Made by a program: the position numbers and the translations under genes
Shown: one piece after another, positions 50,745 through 60,279 of the stretch
How positions within the stretch are numbered: the first letter of the stretch is position 1
Layout of the letters: each line of letters starts with the position of its first letter
Source: an uncultured archaeon
GTDB lineage: Archaea > Nanobdellota > Nanobdellia > Woesearchaeales > UBA9642
Assembly: GCA_963777125.1 (NCBI GenBank)
Contig: CAVZPN010000024.1
Coordinates: 6,596 to 70,595 of the forward strand
Direction of reading: 5' to 3'
DNA length: 64,000 bases
The notes under the pieces: model-generated
Seen by the model: the letters and a program-made list of their open reading frames with translations, nothing else
Databases searched by the model: none
What the model was told of the DNA's origin: nothing

Positions 50745-52046
50745 ATGGTATTCAAACTAAACAATAAAATATTCTTAATAAGCACCTTAGTAATTGTTTT
50801 AATTTTAATTACTGGATGCGGAAGCACTACAAGTAATGTTCAAAAAAAATATTACACAGGATATAACAGTTTAGAAATGAATTTTTTAAGCGATAGTCCA
50901 CCATCAATATTTTATTATGACAGTGAAGCTCATGATAGAGGGGACTATGCTGCAAATACTATACCAATACTTGTTCAAATACAAAATAAAGGTTCATCTG
51001 ACAGTTATGGTGCATTATTTATACATGGATTTGATCCAAATATAGTTGCTATTCAAGGATATACTTCAGGATTTCCAGGATATAATGGTCCAATTAGAGG
51101 AGCTAGTTCTTTTGGCGGATGGTACGGTAACAATAATAATTATGCAATTAACGCATTAAATGTTCCTATAGGTACAAATAGCTATAGTTTAAATCTTCAA
51201 AAAGTCAATGGCCAAACAGGAATATCTTTTTCATCATTTGGATCTCGTTCACAATTATTCGGATCACTCGGATTCTCTAAGACATCACAAGTAGGAACTG
51301 GCTATACTGGAATAAATGTTGGTGTAGTACAAAATCGTGTTGGCTCAGTATTAAATCCTATAACTCGAGGAATGTTTAATCAATATGGTTGGAATGGTTG
51401 GTTAAAAGAACTTGAATTAGAGGGTAGAAATTCTGAAAATCCTGCAGGCGGAATGGATGTTATAGAATTCCCTGCAACAATATTAACACTTCCTCCATCA
51501 CTAGAAGAATTTAGACAAAGAGTAATGGTTACATCATGTTTTGATTACGCAACACATTCATCAACAATGGTATGTATTGATCCAGAACCATACTCTAATG
51601 TTAAAAAATCTTGTTTAATAAATACTGTAAGCGGAGGCGCAGGTCAAGGAGCTCCTGTTGCGGTTACAAGTATTGAACAAAGACCTGGCAAGGGCAGAAC
51701 TACATTTATTATAAATATTAGACACAATAAACAAGGAACATACGATGAATTATATGATTACTTTAATTTATACAAATGTGATCCAGCATCTGGCGCAACT
51801 GTAAAAACAAATGATAAAAACATTGTATATGTTGGATATGTGTACTTATCTCAATATGATATAACAATGGATTGTATGCCTGATCAAATGATTAGACTTG
51901 ATGATTCGGGTTCAGGTCAGATAACATGTTCAATAACTTTCCCAGAAGGAATGGCAAGTAGCGCATATCAAGCACCGCTTGAAGTAGAATTATGGTATGG
52001 TTATTCGAAAACAATATACAAAGATATGATTATTAGAAGAATATAA
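50745..52046 (+). CDS. lipobox-containing (ITGC) surface protein, paralog family member
   Basis: Signal peptide ending ITGCGSTT. Family N-terminal block (TGYNSLEMNFLSDSPPS...IPILVQIQNKG) and GGAGQGAPVAVTSIEQ. Confidence 0.55.
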   Translation: MVFKLNNKIFLISTLVIVLILITGCGSTTSNVQKKYYTGYNSLEMNFLSDSPPSIFYYDSEAHDRGDYAANTIPILVQIQNKGSSDSYGALFIHGFDPNIVAIQGYTSGFPGYNGPIRGASSFGGWYGNNNNYAINALNVPIGTNSYSLNLQKVNGQTGISFSSFGSRSQLFGSLGFSKTSQVGTGYTGINVGVVQNRVGSVLNPITRGMFNQYGWNGWLKELELEGRNSENPAGGMDVIEFPATILTLPPSLEEFRQRVMVTSCFDYATHSSTMVCIDPEPYSNVKKSCLINTVSGGAGQGAPVAVTSIEQRPGKGRTTFIINIRHNKQGTYDELYDYFNLYKCDPASGATVKTNDKNIVYVGYVYLSQYDITMDCMPDQMIRLDDSGSGQITCSITFPEGMASSAYQAPLEVELWYGYSKTIYKDMIIRRI

Positions 52047-52104
52047 ATTAGTATAATAATAGTATAAACAAATATAATAATTAAATAAACCTAAAGGTGA
52101 TAAA

Positions 52105-53088
52105 ATGAATAAAGGCATAGTATTGGTAATGATTTTGGCTATAAGTTTGTTTTTAACTGGTTGCGGTAATACGGGCACAACAACCGGTAAAACATTTATT
52201 GGTGGAACAGAAGGATTAAAAACAAGTTTTCTTTCAGGAAATCCTCCAGCTGTAACAACAGACGGCGGAACTACACCATTTAGTATCGGCATAAAAATGG
52301 AAAATATGGGAGAAAGTAGTATTAAATCTAGCGACGGATATGTAGAAATTTGGGGAGCAGATGCTTCAACATATAGTTCTAAATATCCTGACTTTAAAAA
52401 AACATTTTCACAAGAAGCAACTTTTGGAGAAGAATTAAGTGGTGCTAAAATGAATTATGGTAACCAACTACACGGCGGAACCAGCACTCTTACATTTGAT
52501 GACTTAAAATATGTTCCTATAATCACTGGTGATAATCGTGAACAATTAATTAGAGCAAATGTTTGTTACAAATACTCAACACAAGCAACAGCACAAATTT
52601 GTGTAAAAAATAATATAGAACAAGCACTTAGTGGAAAAGAAATATGTACTGTTGAAGAAGAGAAAAATCCTCAAAATAGCGGCGCACCAATACATATTAC
52701 ATCATTAAAAGAATTCTATGGGGGTAATGGAAAAATAGGAATAACATTAACAATTGCTCATGTAGGAAATGGAGATGCATTTTTCAAAGATGATCAAATA
52801 AAATGCGTTGATAGCTTAAGCAACGGCGATAAAGGAAAAGTCAGAATAAAATTCAAAGACATACAATTAGGTGGAAAGAGTATTCCTGTAGTATGCCCTG
52901 GCGTTAGCGAAGATGGATATGTTAGATTGTATAGCGAAGGTGCAGGAAAAGAATCAACTAATGTTCAATGTACAATCGATGTTTCTGGCAATAAAAATGT
53001 TGTAGAGGTACCAATAGAAGCAGAATTAAGCTACGTATACTTACAACACATAGAAACTGGCTTAACAATACGACATGTAGTTCAATAA
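52105..53088 (+). CDS. lipobox-containing (LTGC) surface protein, paralog family member
   Basis: Signal peptide ending LTGCGNTG. Family N-terminal block (GGTEGLKTSFLSGNPPAV...FSIGIKMENMG) and NSGAPIHITSLKE. Confidence 0.55.
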   Translation: MNKGIVLVMILAISLFLTGCGNTGTTTGKTFIGGTEGLKTSFLSGNPPAVTTDGGTTPFSIGIKMENMGESSIKSSDGYVEIWGADASTYSSKYPDFKKTFSQEATFGEELSGAKMNYGNQLHGGTSTLTFDDLKYVPIITGDNREQLIRANVCYKYSTQATAQICVKNNIEQALSGKEICTVEEEKNPQNSGAPIHITSLKEFYGGNGKIGITLTIAHVGNGDAFFKDDQIKCVDSLSNGDKGKVRIKFKDIQLGGKSIPVVCPGVSEDGYVRLYSEGAGKESTNVQCTIDVSGNKNVVEVPIEAELSYVYLQHIETGLTIRHVVQ

Positions 53089-53255
53089 ATAATTGAACTA
53101 TAATTTTTTAATTTACTTTTTTATTTTCTTACTTCTCATTCTAAATATTATAAAAATTATTCAAACAAAAATTAACACTATTACAACTAAATACCTAACT
53201 TCTTAAAATATGCTGACGTTAAATATTATTAAAATAGACGTAAATTAAAACAAAG

Positions 53256-53273
53256 AATCCGGCATATCGGATT
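53256..53273. terminator. hairpin AATCCG-GCATAT-CGGATT between convergent genes
   Basis: 6-bp perfect stem in an otherwise AT-only intergenic region between 52105..53088 (+) and 53355..54575 (-). Confidence 0.25.
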
Positions 53274-53354
53274 AATCTCTAATATAATAAATCATAAGTA
53301 GGAGTAAATAGAAAATAGTTATTAAAATATTTGATTAAATAAAATCATTCTTAC

Positions 53355-54575
53355 TTAACTTGTTACAAACATTCCGCCCATAAGTGTTGCAAACATCATA
53401 GAAGCCACATAATAAATTATTAATGATATAATTATAAATATTGGAATAAGCTTAGTACCATCTTTAACACTGCCTTTTCTAATAACACTAATTATAGCTG
53501 CAGAAAAGAACGAAGATATAATTAATACTAACATCGAAAATCTTCTAAAATCGTTAACATTAATGCTGTCATTAGAAAAATTAAAACTAAAAGAACCCAT
53601 ACCAGAGCTGTCTAATTGCAAACTACCAAAAATTTGCTGTATGATAATTAATAATTGAGTACTTAATGCAAATAATAATGGTGCCGCAAGTACTGAAGCT
53701 ACACCAATAAATATTGCATAAGTTGTAACACTAGCACCGATTTCTTTACGCATTAATTGCGTTTCTTTAATATTACTAGATAATTTATTCAATAATACTG
53801 CCATTTCTCCGCCGCTTCTAATACCCTCTACGATTAAATTTATTGTCTCTCGCAACATTCTTGATTCATACTTAGTTCCAAGACGCAATAATGCCGTTTC
53901 TAAATCATCTCCAACAATCGTAGATTTAGCAACATTTTCCATTTCTACAGCAAGTATTCCAAATTTTGATCGTATAGCATACCATAATGCTCTATCAACA
54001 GTCATTCCTGCACTAATATTAGCAGAAGCTAATTGTAAAAAATCAGGTAATGATTCTTCAATTTGACGTACACGATTATACATTTGTACATCCAAATATA
54101 AAAATATTGCAAGTATTGATAAAAAATATATTGCTAAAAATACTAATATCCAAATTACTAGTAAAAACAAGAATAATACATCAAGAGATTTATGATTAAC
54201 AATTACAAAAGATAAGATAATAAAAGATAATATTGCAGATATTATTGCGACAATTGTTAATATCTTTTTATTAATGTCTCTCGGACTAATCTCAAGACCC
54301 ATCCTAGTAACAAAATCTGCAAATAATCCTATTAACTTTTTTTTAGGCTTTGAAACTCTATCAAATTTACTGCTATTTTTTTGTAAGGCAACTCTCTTTA
54401 AATCTTTTTCAAAAGTGGCTTGATCAAAGTGTGCTTTTAATAAATTATTAAACTTGTCTCTAAAATTATTTAATGAGTTGAATTCTTTAAACTGTACAGA
54501 ACTATCTTGACTAGATATTAACTCTTCTTTAAAGTTTTTCAAACTTCTCTTTTTGTGTTCTATTGTATCGCTCAT
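53355..54575 (-). CDS. type II secretion system F-domain membrane protein (TadC/FlaJ-like)
   Basis: T2SSF-like segment (LPDFLQLASANISAGMTVDRALWYAIRSKFGILAVEMENVAKS...LETAL) flanked by TM helices. Confidence 0.65.
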   Translation of the reverse strand: MSDTIEHKKRSLKNFKEELISSQDSSVQFKEFNSLNNFRDKFNNLLKAHFDQATFEKDLKRVALQKNSSKFDRVSKPKKKLIGLFADFVTRMGLEISPRDINKKILTIVAIISAILSFIILSFVIVNHKSLDVLFLFLLVIWILVFLAIYFLSILAIFLYLDVQMYNRVRQIEESLPDFLQLASANISAGMTVDRALWYAIRSKFGILAVEMENVAKSTIVGDDLETALLRLGTKYESRMLRETINLIVEGIRSGGEMAVLLNKLSSNIKETQLMRKEIGASVTTYAIFIGVASVLAAPLLFALSTQLLIIIQQIFGSLQLDSSGMGSFSFNFSNDSINVNDFRRFSMLVLIISSFFSAAIISVIRKGSVKDGTKLIPIFIIISLIIYYVASMMFATLMGGMFVTS

Positions 54576-54633
54576 TTTTCTATTATTAATATTATTTATA
54601 CAATCATAATATAACTACATTATAAACATCATT

Positions 54634-55425
54634 TTATGTACTTATGGATGGTCTTGATGACTTTGCAACTGATAAAAACATAAATTGTACAAATCCAATC
54701 ATCACTGCAAGTACAACGAGTATAGTCATACTAATCTTTAAACCCATAAATGAAGCAGCAATTACTAGCATAGTTATTCCGAGTGATGGTACAATTATGG
54801 AAATAGTCATATAAAACATTGCTAAAGGACTAAGTTTTTTACCATATTCTGAAACAGCAATAGCTTGTTCTCGAACAATTTGTTCAGCCACTGAATTTAA
54901 TGCTCCTGCAACTTCAGTTCCTGTTTGCAAAGAATTCATTACTTGCCATAATAATCTTCGTAAATTTGGTGAAGGCGAAGTATTTAATGTATCACTTATG
55001 GCATCTTCCATTGTGGTCCCAAAATAAACTTTATTCAATATTTCACCAAAATAATATCCTATATATTCATAATTTTTTTCCATATCCTCAAATATTTTAT
55101 GTATTGGAACACCAGATTCTATTCCAATAATTAAAAATCGTGCAGCAAAAATTATTTCTTCATCTATTTTCTTTTTTATCTTTTCTATTTTTACATCTAC
55201 ATATTTTATAAAATACATAAATAAAAAAGGAAGACTAAATGGAATAATTAATATTGCCAAAAATGACGAAGTAAAAAAAAAGAACATAAAAAATAAACCT
55301 ATAGAAATCATCACTATTGTTGCAACTGTAGATTTAATATACTCTTCAGGCTCAGCAAGTATACCTGCTTGTCTAAGTTTTAGTCTTAACTCAGGCATAC
55401 GTTTGGAAAGGTAGGAATATAGCAT
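54634..55425 (-). CDS. type II secretion system F-domain membrane protein (TadB/FlaJ N-half-like)
   Basis: T2SSF-like segment (GVPIHKIFEDMEKNYEYIGYYFGEILNKVYFGTTMEDAISDTL) plus 3 TM helices. A 58 nt gap with stops in all frames separates it from the next gene. Confidence 0.6.
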   Translation of the reverse strand: MLYSYLSKRMPELRLKLRQAGILAEPEEYIKSTVATIVMISIGLFFMFFFFTSSFLAILIIPFSLPFLFMYFIKYVDVKIEKIKKKIDEEIIFAARFLIIGIESGVPIHKIFEDMEKNYEYIGYYFGEILNKVYFGTTMEDAISDTLNTSPSPNLRRLLWQVMNSLQTGTEVAGALNSVAEQIVREQAIAVSEYGKKLSPLAMFYMTISIIVPSLGITMLVIAASFMGLKISMTILVVLAVMIGFVQFMFLSVAKSSRPSIST

Positions 55426-55541
55426 AATATCACATTTTTGTTAAAACAATAACAACCCATAATAATATATTAAGGTTAAGTACAATATACTCACACATTA
55501 CAATTAATAGAGTATAATCTTATTATAATTAAAAGTAATAC

Positions 55542-57839
55542 TTATTTAGTTTTTTTACTTAGTTTATTCGATTTAGATGAGTCTAATTTTGCTTTAGTTT
55601 TAGAAGACCCTTTTGATTTGTTTTCAGTTGATTTTGTATTGGGCTTTTTAGAGGAACTAGATTTATTCAAATTATCATCTGGAGTAGTAGAATTAACAGC
55701 AGCATTAACTGCGCTTTTTGAATCGGAAGCATTAACAGCAGCAGCACTTGAATCTACAGTTGGAATTTTTAATGCAGAATTAGATTCTGGAACTACAGGT
55801 AATTCTATTTTTAGTTGTGATGCTAGAGGGAAATCTTTATTTGAATTAACATATTTCATAAGATTTGGCTTTGCAGTATAATATTCTGCAACAATTCTTC
55901 CTACACCATCAACATCATCAATATTTTTCGAAACTAAATATTTTAACACCTTCACCTTATCATCTAATTCTTTATTTATTTCAGCCGTAGTCATACCAGT
56001 AAACAATGCAATATTATCAAATAATGATTTAGATTTACTTATTTGCACAAGAACATCTTTATTAATATCATACTGCATTATTACATTAGCTTCACCAGTA
56101 GATAATATTTCAGCAATTTGGAACGTTCTTCTTTTACCGCTTCTTCTATTTCTAAATTGTACTATTATTAAGGATATTGCTGGCAACATAATTTTTGGAA
56201 CGTCAAGCGGAGCATTTGTCAATCTCTCAACTGTCTCTTTAGCGCTATTTGCGTGAAATGTTGCATATACTGAGTGTCCAGTGTGTATTGCTTCGAATAA
56301 TGTTTCTGTTTCTCTCTTTCTTCTAACTTCTCCTACAAGAATTCTATCTGGTCTCATTCTTAAACTATTAACGAGTAAATCTCCCATATTTATTTCTCCT
56401 TTTCCTTCAGCATTTGGAAGAGTAGTATTTAATGGAACCCAATGTAAAAACTTTGGAAGAACAATTTCTCTTGTATCTTCAATACTTAAAATTCTTTGAT
56501 TTGGCGGGAAAAAATTAGCGAAAACATTTAATGCTGAAGTCTTACCTGAAGCTGTTCCTCCTGCAATTAAAGCAGATAATTCAAATTGTATTGCTGTCCA
56601 TATTAATGCTGCAGCTTCAGCTGAAATTGTTGCTGTTCTAATAAATTTAGTTATAGTCCATGGATCCTTAGAAAACTTTCTAATAGTCATAGTATTACCA
56701 TTTGTTGAAACAGGACTTAAAGTAGCATTTACTCTATCTCCAGTTCCTAAATTTGCATCTAAAAGAGGAGTTAGAACAGTAATTTGTCTTCCGACTCTTC
56801 TTCCAATAATACTTGCATAATGTCTTATTTGCTCTTCACTTTTCAGATATACATTTGTTCTAAGCCAATTGTATTTTTTATGATATACCCATGCTGGCTC
56901 AGATGATTGATTTATTACTACTTCTTCAAGTAATTCATCATTCATTAATAATTCTAAATTACCAAGACCTAAACTATGCATTTTCAAATAAGATCTTAAA
57001 AATCCTACTGTATCAATATCGCTGTCAGGAAAATATTTACCGATAAGTATATCTATTAATTGATTAAATTTATCTTCCACCATATCTGTTTTTTTAACAT
57101 TACCTATTTCTTCTGCACCCAAACTTACCCTTCTTATCAATTCTAAACGTACTTTTTCAAGAATCATTTCGGTAGTTTTACTTATTGCGGAAATTTGTAA
57201 ATTATATATAGGAACAAATTCACCAATCTTTTTAACAACAGTCACAGTTATGGGAATACCTTCTGATTTAAATTCATAAGTATCGAGTAATTTATCCTCA
57301 TTACTCTCAATATCTTCAGAATCATTAGAAACTTTAGATAACTTTTTTGTATCTACTAAAATATTTTTAGCGGATTTAGCAGACTTATTACTTTTAGAAA
57401 GTTTAACTAAATTATCAACAGAATTAGTACTCTCACCAGCAGACTTAGTTGCAGTTAAATCTATAGACTTATCTATAATTTTGGCAGATTTATTTACAGC
57501 AGAATCTTTTGATAGATCCTCTTTTTGTATATCCTTAATTATGGATGATTCTTCTAACTCTTTTTTATATTTTTTAGAATTTTCTAAAGTCTTATCAAAA
57601 AGAGAATGAATTGCGTTAGAAACAACATTAACGGGATTTTTATCATTAGAAATAATTTCTGTTTTAGAAGAATTTACAGATTTAACATCATCAGCAGGCA
57701 TATTAAGAACATCTTTTTTAGAAGTAAGAGCAGTAACTGGCTCTTCTTTAGTATTCTTCTCTTTAGTAGCATGCTCTTTAACATGCGCTTTACTAGTTGA
57801 TGATTTTTTACTCATTATTTTCAATAGTCTGTTTCCCAC
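55542..57839 (-). CDS. FlaI/TadA/VirB11-family secretion ATPase with long K/S-rich N- and C-terminal low-complexity extensions
   Basis: Walker A GGTASGKTS, RPDRILVGEVR (Asp box region), ATFHANS His box. Approximately 200 aa N-terminal and 110 aa C-terminal K/S/N-rich tails. Confidence 0.85.
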   Translation of the reverse strand: MGNRLLKIMSKKSSTSKAHVKEHATKEKNTKEEPVTALTSKKDVLNMPADDVKSVNSSKTEIISNDKNPVNVVSNAIHSLFDKTLENSKKYKKELEESSIIKDIQKEDLSKDSAVNKSAKIIDKSIDLTATKSAGESTNSVDNLVKLSKSNKSAKSAKNILVDTKKLSKVSNDSEDIESNEDKLLDTYEFKSEGIPITVTVVKKIGEFVPIYNLQISAISKTTEMILEKVRLELIRRVSLGAEEIGNVKKTDMVEDKFNQLIDILIGKYFPDSDIDTVGFLRSYLKMHSLGLGNLELLMNDELLEEVVINQSSEPAWVYHKKYNWLRTNVYLKSEEQIRHYASIIGRRVGRQITVLTPLLDANLGTGDRVNATLSPVSTNGNTMTIRKFSKDPWTITKFIRTATISAEAAALIWTAIQFELSALIAGGTASGKTSALNVFANFFPPNQRILSIEDTREIVLPKFLHWVPLNTTLPNAEGKGEINMGDLLVNSLRMRPDRILVGEVRRKRETETLFEAIHTGHSVYATFHANSAKETVERLTNAPLDVPKIMLPAISLIIVQFRNRRSGKRRTFQIAEILSTGEANVIMQYDINKDVLVQISKSKSLFDNIALFTGMTTAEINKELDDKVKVLKYLVSKNIDDVDGVGRIVAEYYTAKPNLMKYVNSNKDFPLASQLKIELPVVPESNSALKIPTVDSSAAAVNASDSKSAVNAAVNSTTPDDNLNKSSSSKKPNTKSTENKSKGSSKTKAKLDSSKSNKLSKKTK

Positions 57840-57931
57840 TTATATCCCCACACCACTCTTAACAGTCTAAATTCTAACAGGTCAATATCCTCTCAATCAT
57901 CTCAATGTAGCAATAATACCGCATAAACATA

Positions 57932-57990
57932 CAATATATACTTAATATATATTTAATATATACTTAATATATACTTAAATAAATATTACA
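57932..57990. repeat. approximately 11-nt tandem repeat (ATATACTTAAT)x3-4 upstream of the FlaI-like ATPase operon
   Basis: caatatatacttaatatatatttaatatatacttaatatatacttaaataaat. Confidence 0.4.
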
Positions 57991-59151
57991 TTACTTAGTT
58001 TTTTTAAACATTGAAATTAATTGTGATATCTTTCCTTTAATAGACATCTTTTTATTCTCAAATTCTTTAATTTTTGATTCAATATCTTTTAATTCTGATT
58101 TAATATGCACACTTGAAGTTAATAGAGTAAATGAAATAACTTTTGCCTTTAAAGCTTCGAGTTCTTTTGCTAAAGATAACTTATCACTTTCAATTTCTGT
58201 AATTAATTTTTCAATAGTAATGTTTTTGGAAAAAAAGCCTTCAAAACCCTTATGTACTTTATCACTTAATGCTGAATGTGCATTAATACTTTCTTTTTGC
58301 GAACTTAATTCTTTCTCTATTTGTGCTTGAGTTTTAAAAATCTTATCTTCGTTTGATTTTAAAGCAAGTATTTTTTTTGTTAATAAACTACTTTTTTTAT
58401 CTGAAATTTCCTGATCTAAATTATCTAAAGAAAGTTTATATTTGAGAATAGTTTTATTAGCATCATCAAATTTATTTTTATAATCTAAGATAACTTTATC
58501 GATATTTTTCAAAGATTCTTTCAAAGAAGTAACTGTTCGTTCATAATCATTACGTAATTTTACTAATTCTTCAATTTTTTTACCATATTGATCAACATTA
58601 GTTCTTTCTTTTGCAATTACATTATGTAATTCATCATATTTTTGTGATTCTAATTTTAATTTGTCTTGCGCTTCTTTAACAAAAGAATCATAATCAATTC
58701 TCTGTTTATCAATATCTTTGCCTAAATTCTTTCTTAAAGAATCATATCTATCGAGTTCAGTTAATTGAGTTTTTACTAAATTAATTTCCTCTTTAATATT
58801 GCTTTGAATTTTTGCAAATTCCGCTCTAATAGTCTCAAAATCGCTAGTTTCTTCTTGTAATGCGCTTAATGCAACATCGATTTTTCTTGCTAAAGCATCT
58901 TTTTCTGATGTTACTTCTTTAATATTTGTTAATACGTCTTCTTTGCCTATTTTTCGTTCAGAAATAAATATTTTAGAAAGATGATACTCAAGACTTACAA
59001 GTCCTTCCTCTTCTAGAAATTCAGCCCATTCTTGCACAACATTCTTACCTACACCTAAAGTTTTTGCAGCTGAATCTAGATCTAAGCGCTTTTTTTCGGA
59101 TACAAGTTCAACTAACTTATCCACACCAGTTGTAATGCTTCTTCTCACCAT
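57991..59151 (-). CDS. coiled-coil protein with N-terminal winged-helix-like domain (pilus-locus associated)
   Basis: N-terminal LDLDSAAKTLGVGKNVVQEWAEFLEEEGLVSLEY is HTH-like. Followed by approximately 300 aa of heptad-rich sequence. Confidence 0.45.
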   Translation of the reverse strand: MVRRSITTGVDKLVELVSEKKRLDLDSAAKTLGVGKNVVQEWAEFLEEEGLVSLEYHLSKIFISERKIGKEDVLTNIKEVTSEKDALARKIDVALSALQEETSDFETIRAEFAKIQSNIKEEINLVKTQLTELDRYDSLRKNLGKDIDKQRIDYDSFVKEAQDKLKLESQKYDELHNVIAKERTNVDQYGKKIEELVKLRNDYERTVTSLKESLKNIDKVILDYKNKFDDANKTILKYKLSLDNLDQEISDKKSSLLTKKILALKSNEDKIFKTQAQIEKELSSQKESINAHSALSDKVHKGFEGFFSKNITIEKLITEIESDKLSLAKELEALKAKVISFTLLTSSVHIKSELKDIESKIKEFENKKMSIKGKISQLISMFKKTK

Positions 59152-59250
59152 CTTTATAAACTAAATTCACCTTTACTTATATAATTTTGTTACAACTATT
59201 AAATTAACAAGCACAATGATGCTTAAATTAATACTTCAATCTACCTTAAG

Positions 59251-60279
59251 TTAAGGACATGCTGTTTCATTTATATTATCTAAACCATAAAATGTTTTTC
59301 TATCTCTTGGCAATATTAAAGGATACAAAGGATTATGAGTTAAATTAATACATACTTTATTAACATTTAAATCGTTAAAATAAATATAATCTACCTTTAT
59401 TCGTTTAGGATATGATGTTAATTCGGGATTCAATAAAATCCTATCATCTACAATACTTTCTATACCGTAAGGATCTGAAGTAGTTTTTCCTTCAAAACGC
59501 ATAATAAAAGTAGGAGCATTACTAGATTCAATATAATACGAACTATTAATATGATTTTGTAAAGTCATAAGACTAATATCATTAAACAAAATACTAGAAT
59601 TAATAGTAGAATTTAATCTTCGGATAGTATTTGGAACTTTATTAAATGTATTTTTACTATATAAGGGATCTCTTAAATTATCAATAGGAACGGTTGTTAC
59701 GTATTCTTTATTAATATTCCATGATGCAGTATGTTTATTATCTATAAGAGTTATATTCAAAGCCATATATACATCAATATTCCATGGATCAGATTGCACT
59801 AAATTAATATTTGAAACATTAATGTTTAAATCCATACCAGTATTACTAGATATAGCATCTACTTTAGAAACATAATCATAAAAAGTCGAATTAGCCATTA
59901 TGGGCGAGTTAGTTCCATTTATTGTACCATAATAAAACGTTTCTCTAAAAGACTCATTAATATTTGTTAAATAAACCCCGCTCGTAGTTACATAATCCTC
60001 GAGAGCCAATAAAGTCCTAAACGCAGAGATATATGTTGCACGGTGAATATCATTATTTAAATTTTTAGTAAAATCATTCATTGATCTGATCCTTATTTGT
60101 TGTAATAATTCTTGATCTTGATATCTGTAATTACTAGCAGCAAAAAATATACTAAGTAAAATAGCAACCATAAGCGTTGTAACTAAAACATAAGTAAATC
60201 CTTTACGACTTTTTCTAGAAGTAATGATTAAATTAGATAGTATATTCTTTAAATTCTTAAGTAGCATAATCATTGCCAT
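59251..60279 (-). CDS. pilin-like protein with class III signal peptide
   Basis: N-terminus ...SRKSRKG|FTYVLVTTLMVAILLSIFFAA, a basic leader with G-F then a hydrophobic helix, like prepilins. Start overlaps the end of the giant upstream gene by 10 nt. Confidence 0.5.
   Translation of the reverse strand: MAMIMLLKNLKNILSNLIITSRKSRKGFTYVLVTTLMVAILLSIFFAASNYRYQDQELLQQIRIRSMNDFTKNLNNDIHRATYISAFRTLLALEDYVTTSGVYLTNINESFRETFYYGTINGTNSPIMANSTFYDYVSKVDAISSNTGMDLNINVSNINLVQSDPWNIDVYMALNITLIDNKHTASWNINKEYVTTVPIDNLRDPLYSKNTFNKVPNTIRRLNSTINSSILFNDISLMTLQNHINSSYYIESSNAPTFIMRFEGKTTSDPYGIESIVDDRILLNPELTSYPKRIKVDYIYFNDLNVNKVCINLTHNPLYPLILPRDRKTFYGLDNINETACP

Noticed and set aside
55542-59151. Considered calling the ATPase locus an archaellum (fla) operon
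   Set aside because: There are no archaellin (FlaB) genes, and no FlaH, FlaG, FlaF or FlaC/D/E. The TadB and TadC-like genes are split. The pilin-like genes carry large ectodomains. This is better described as a pilus or adhesion system.
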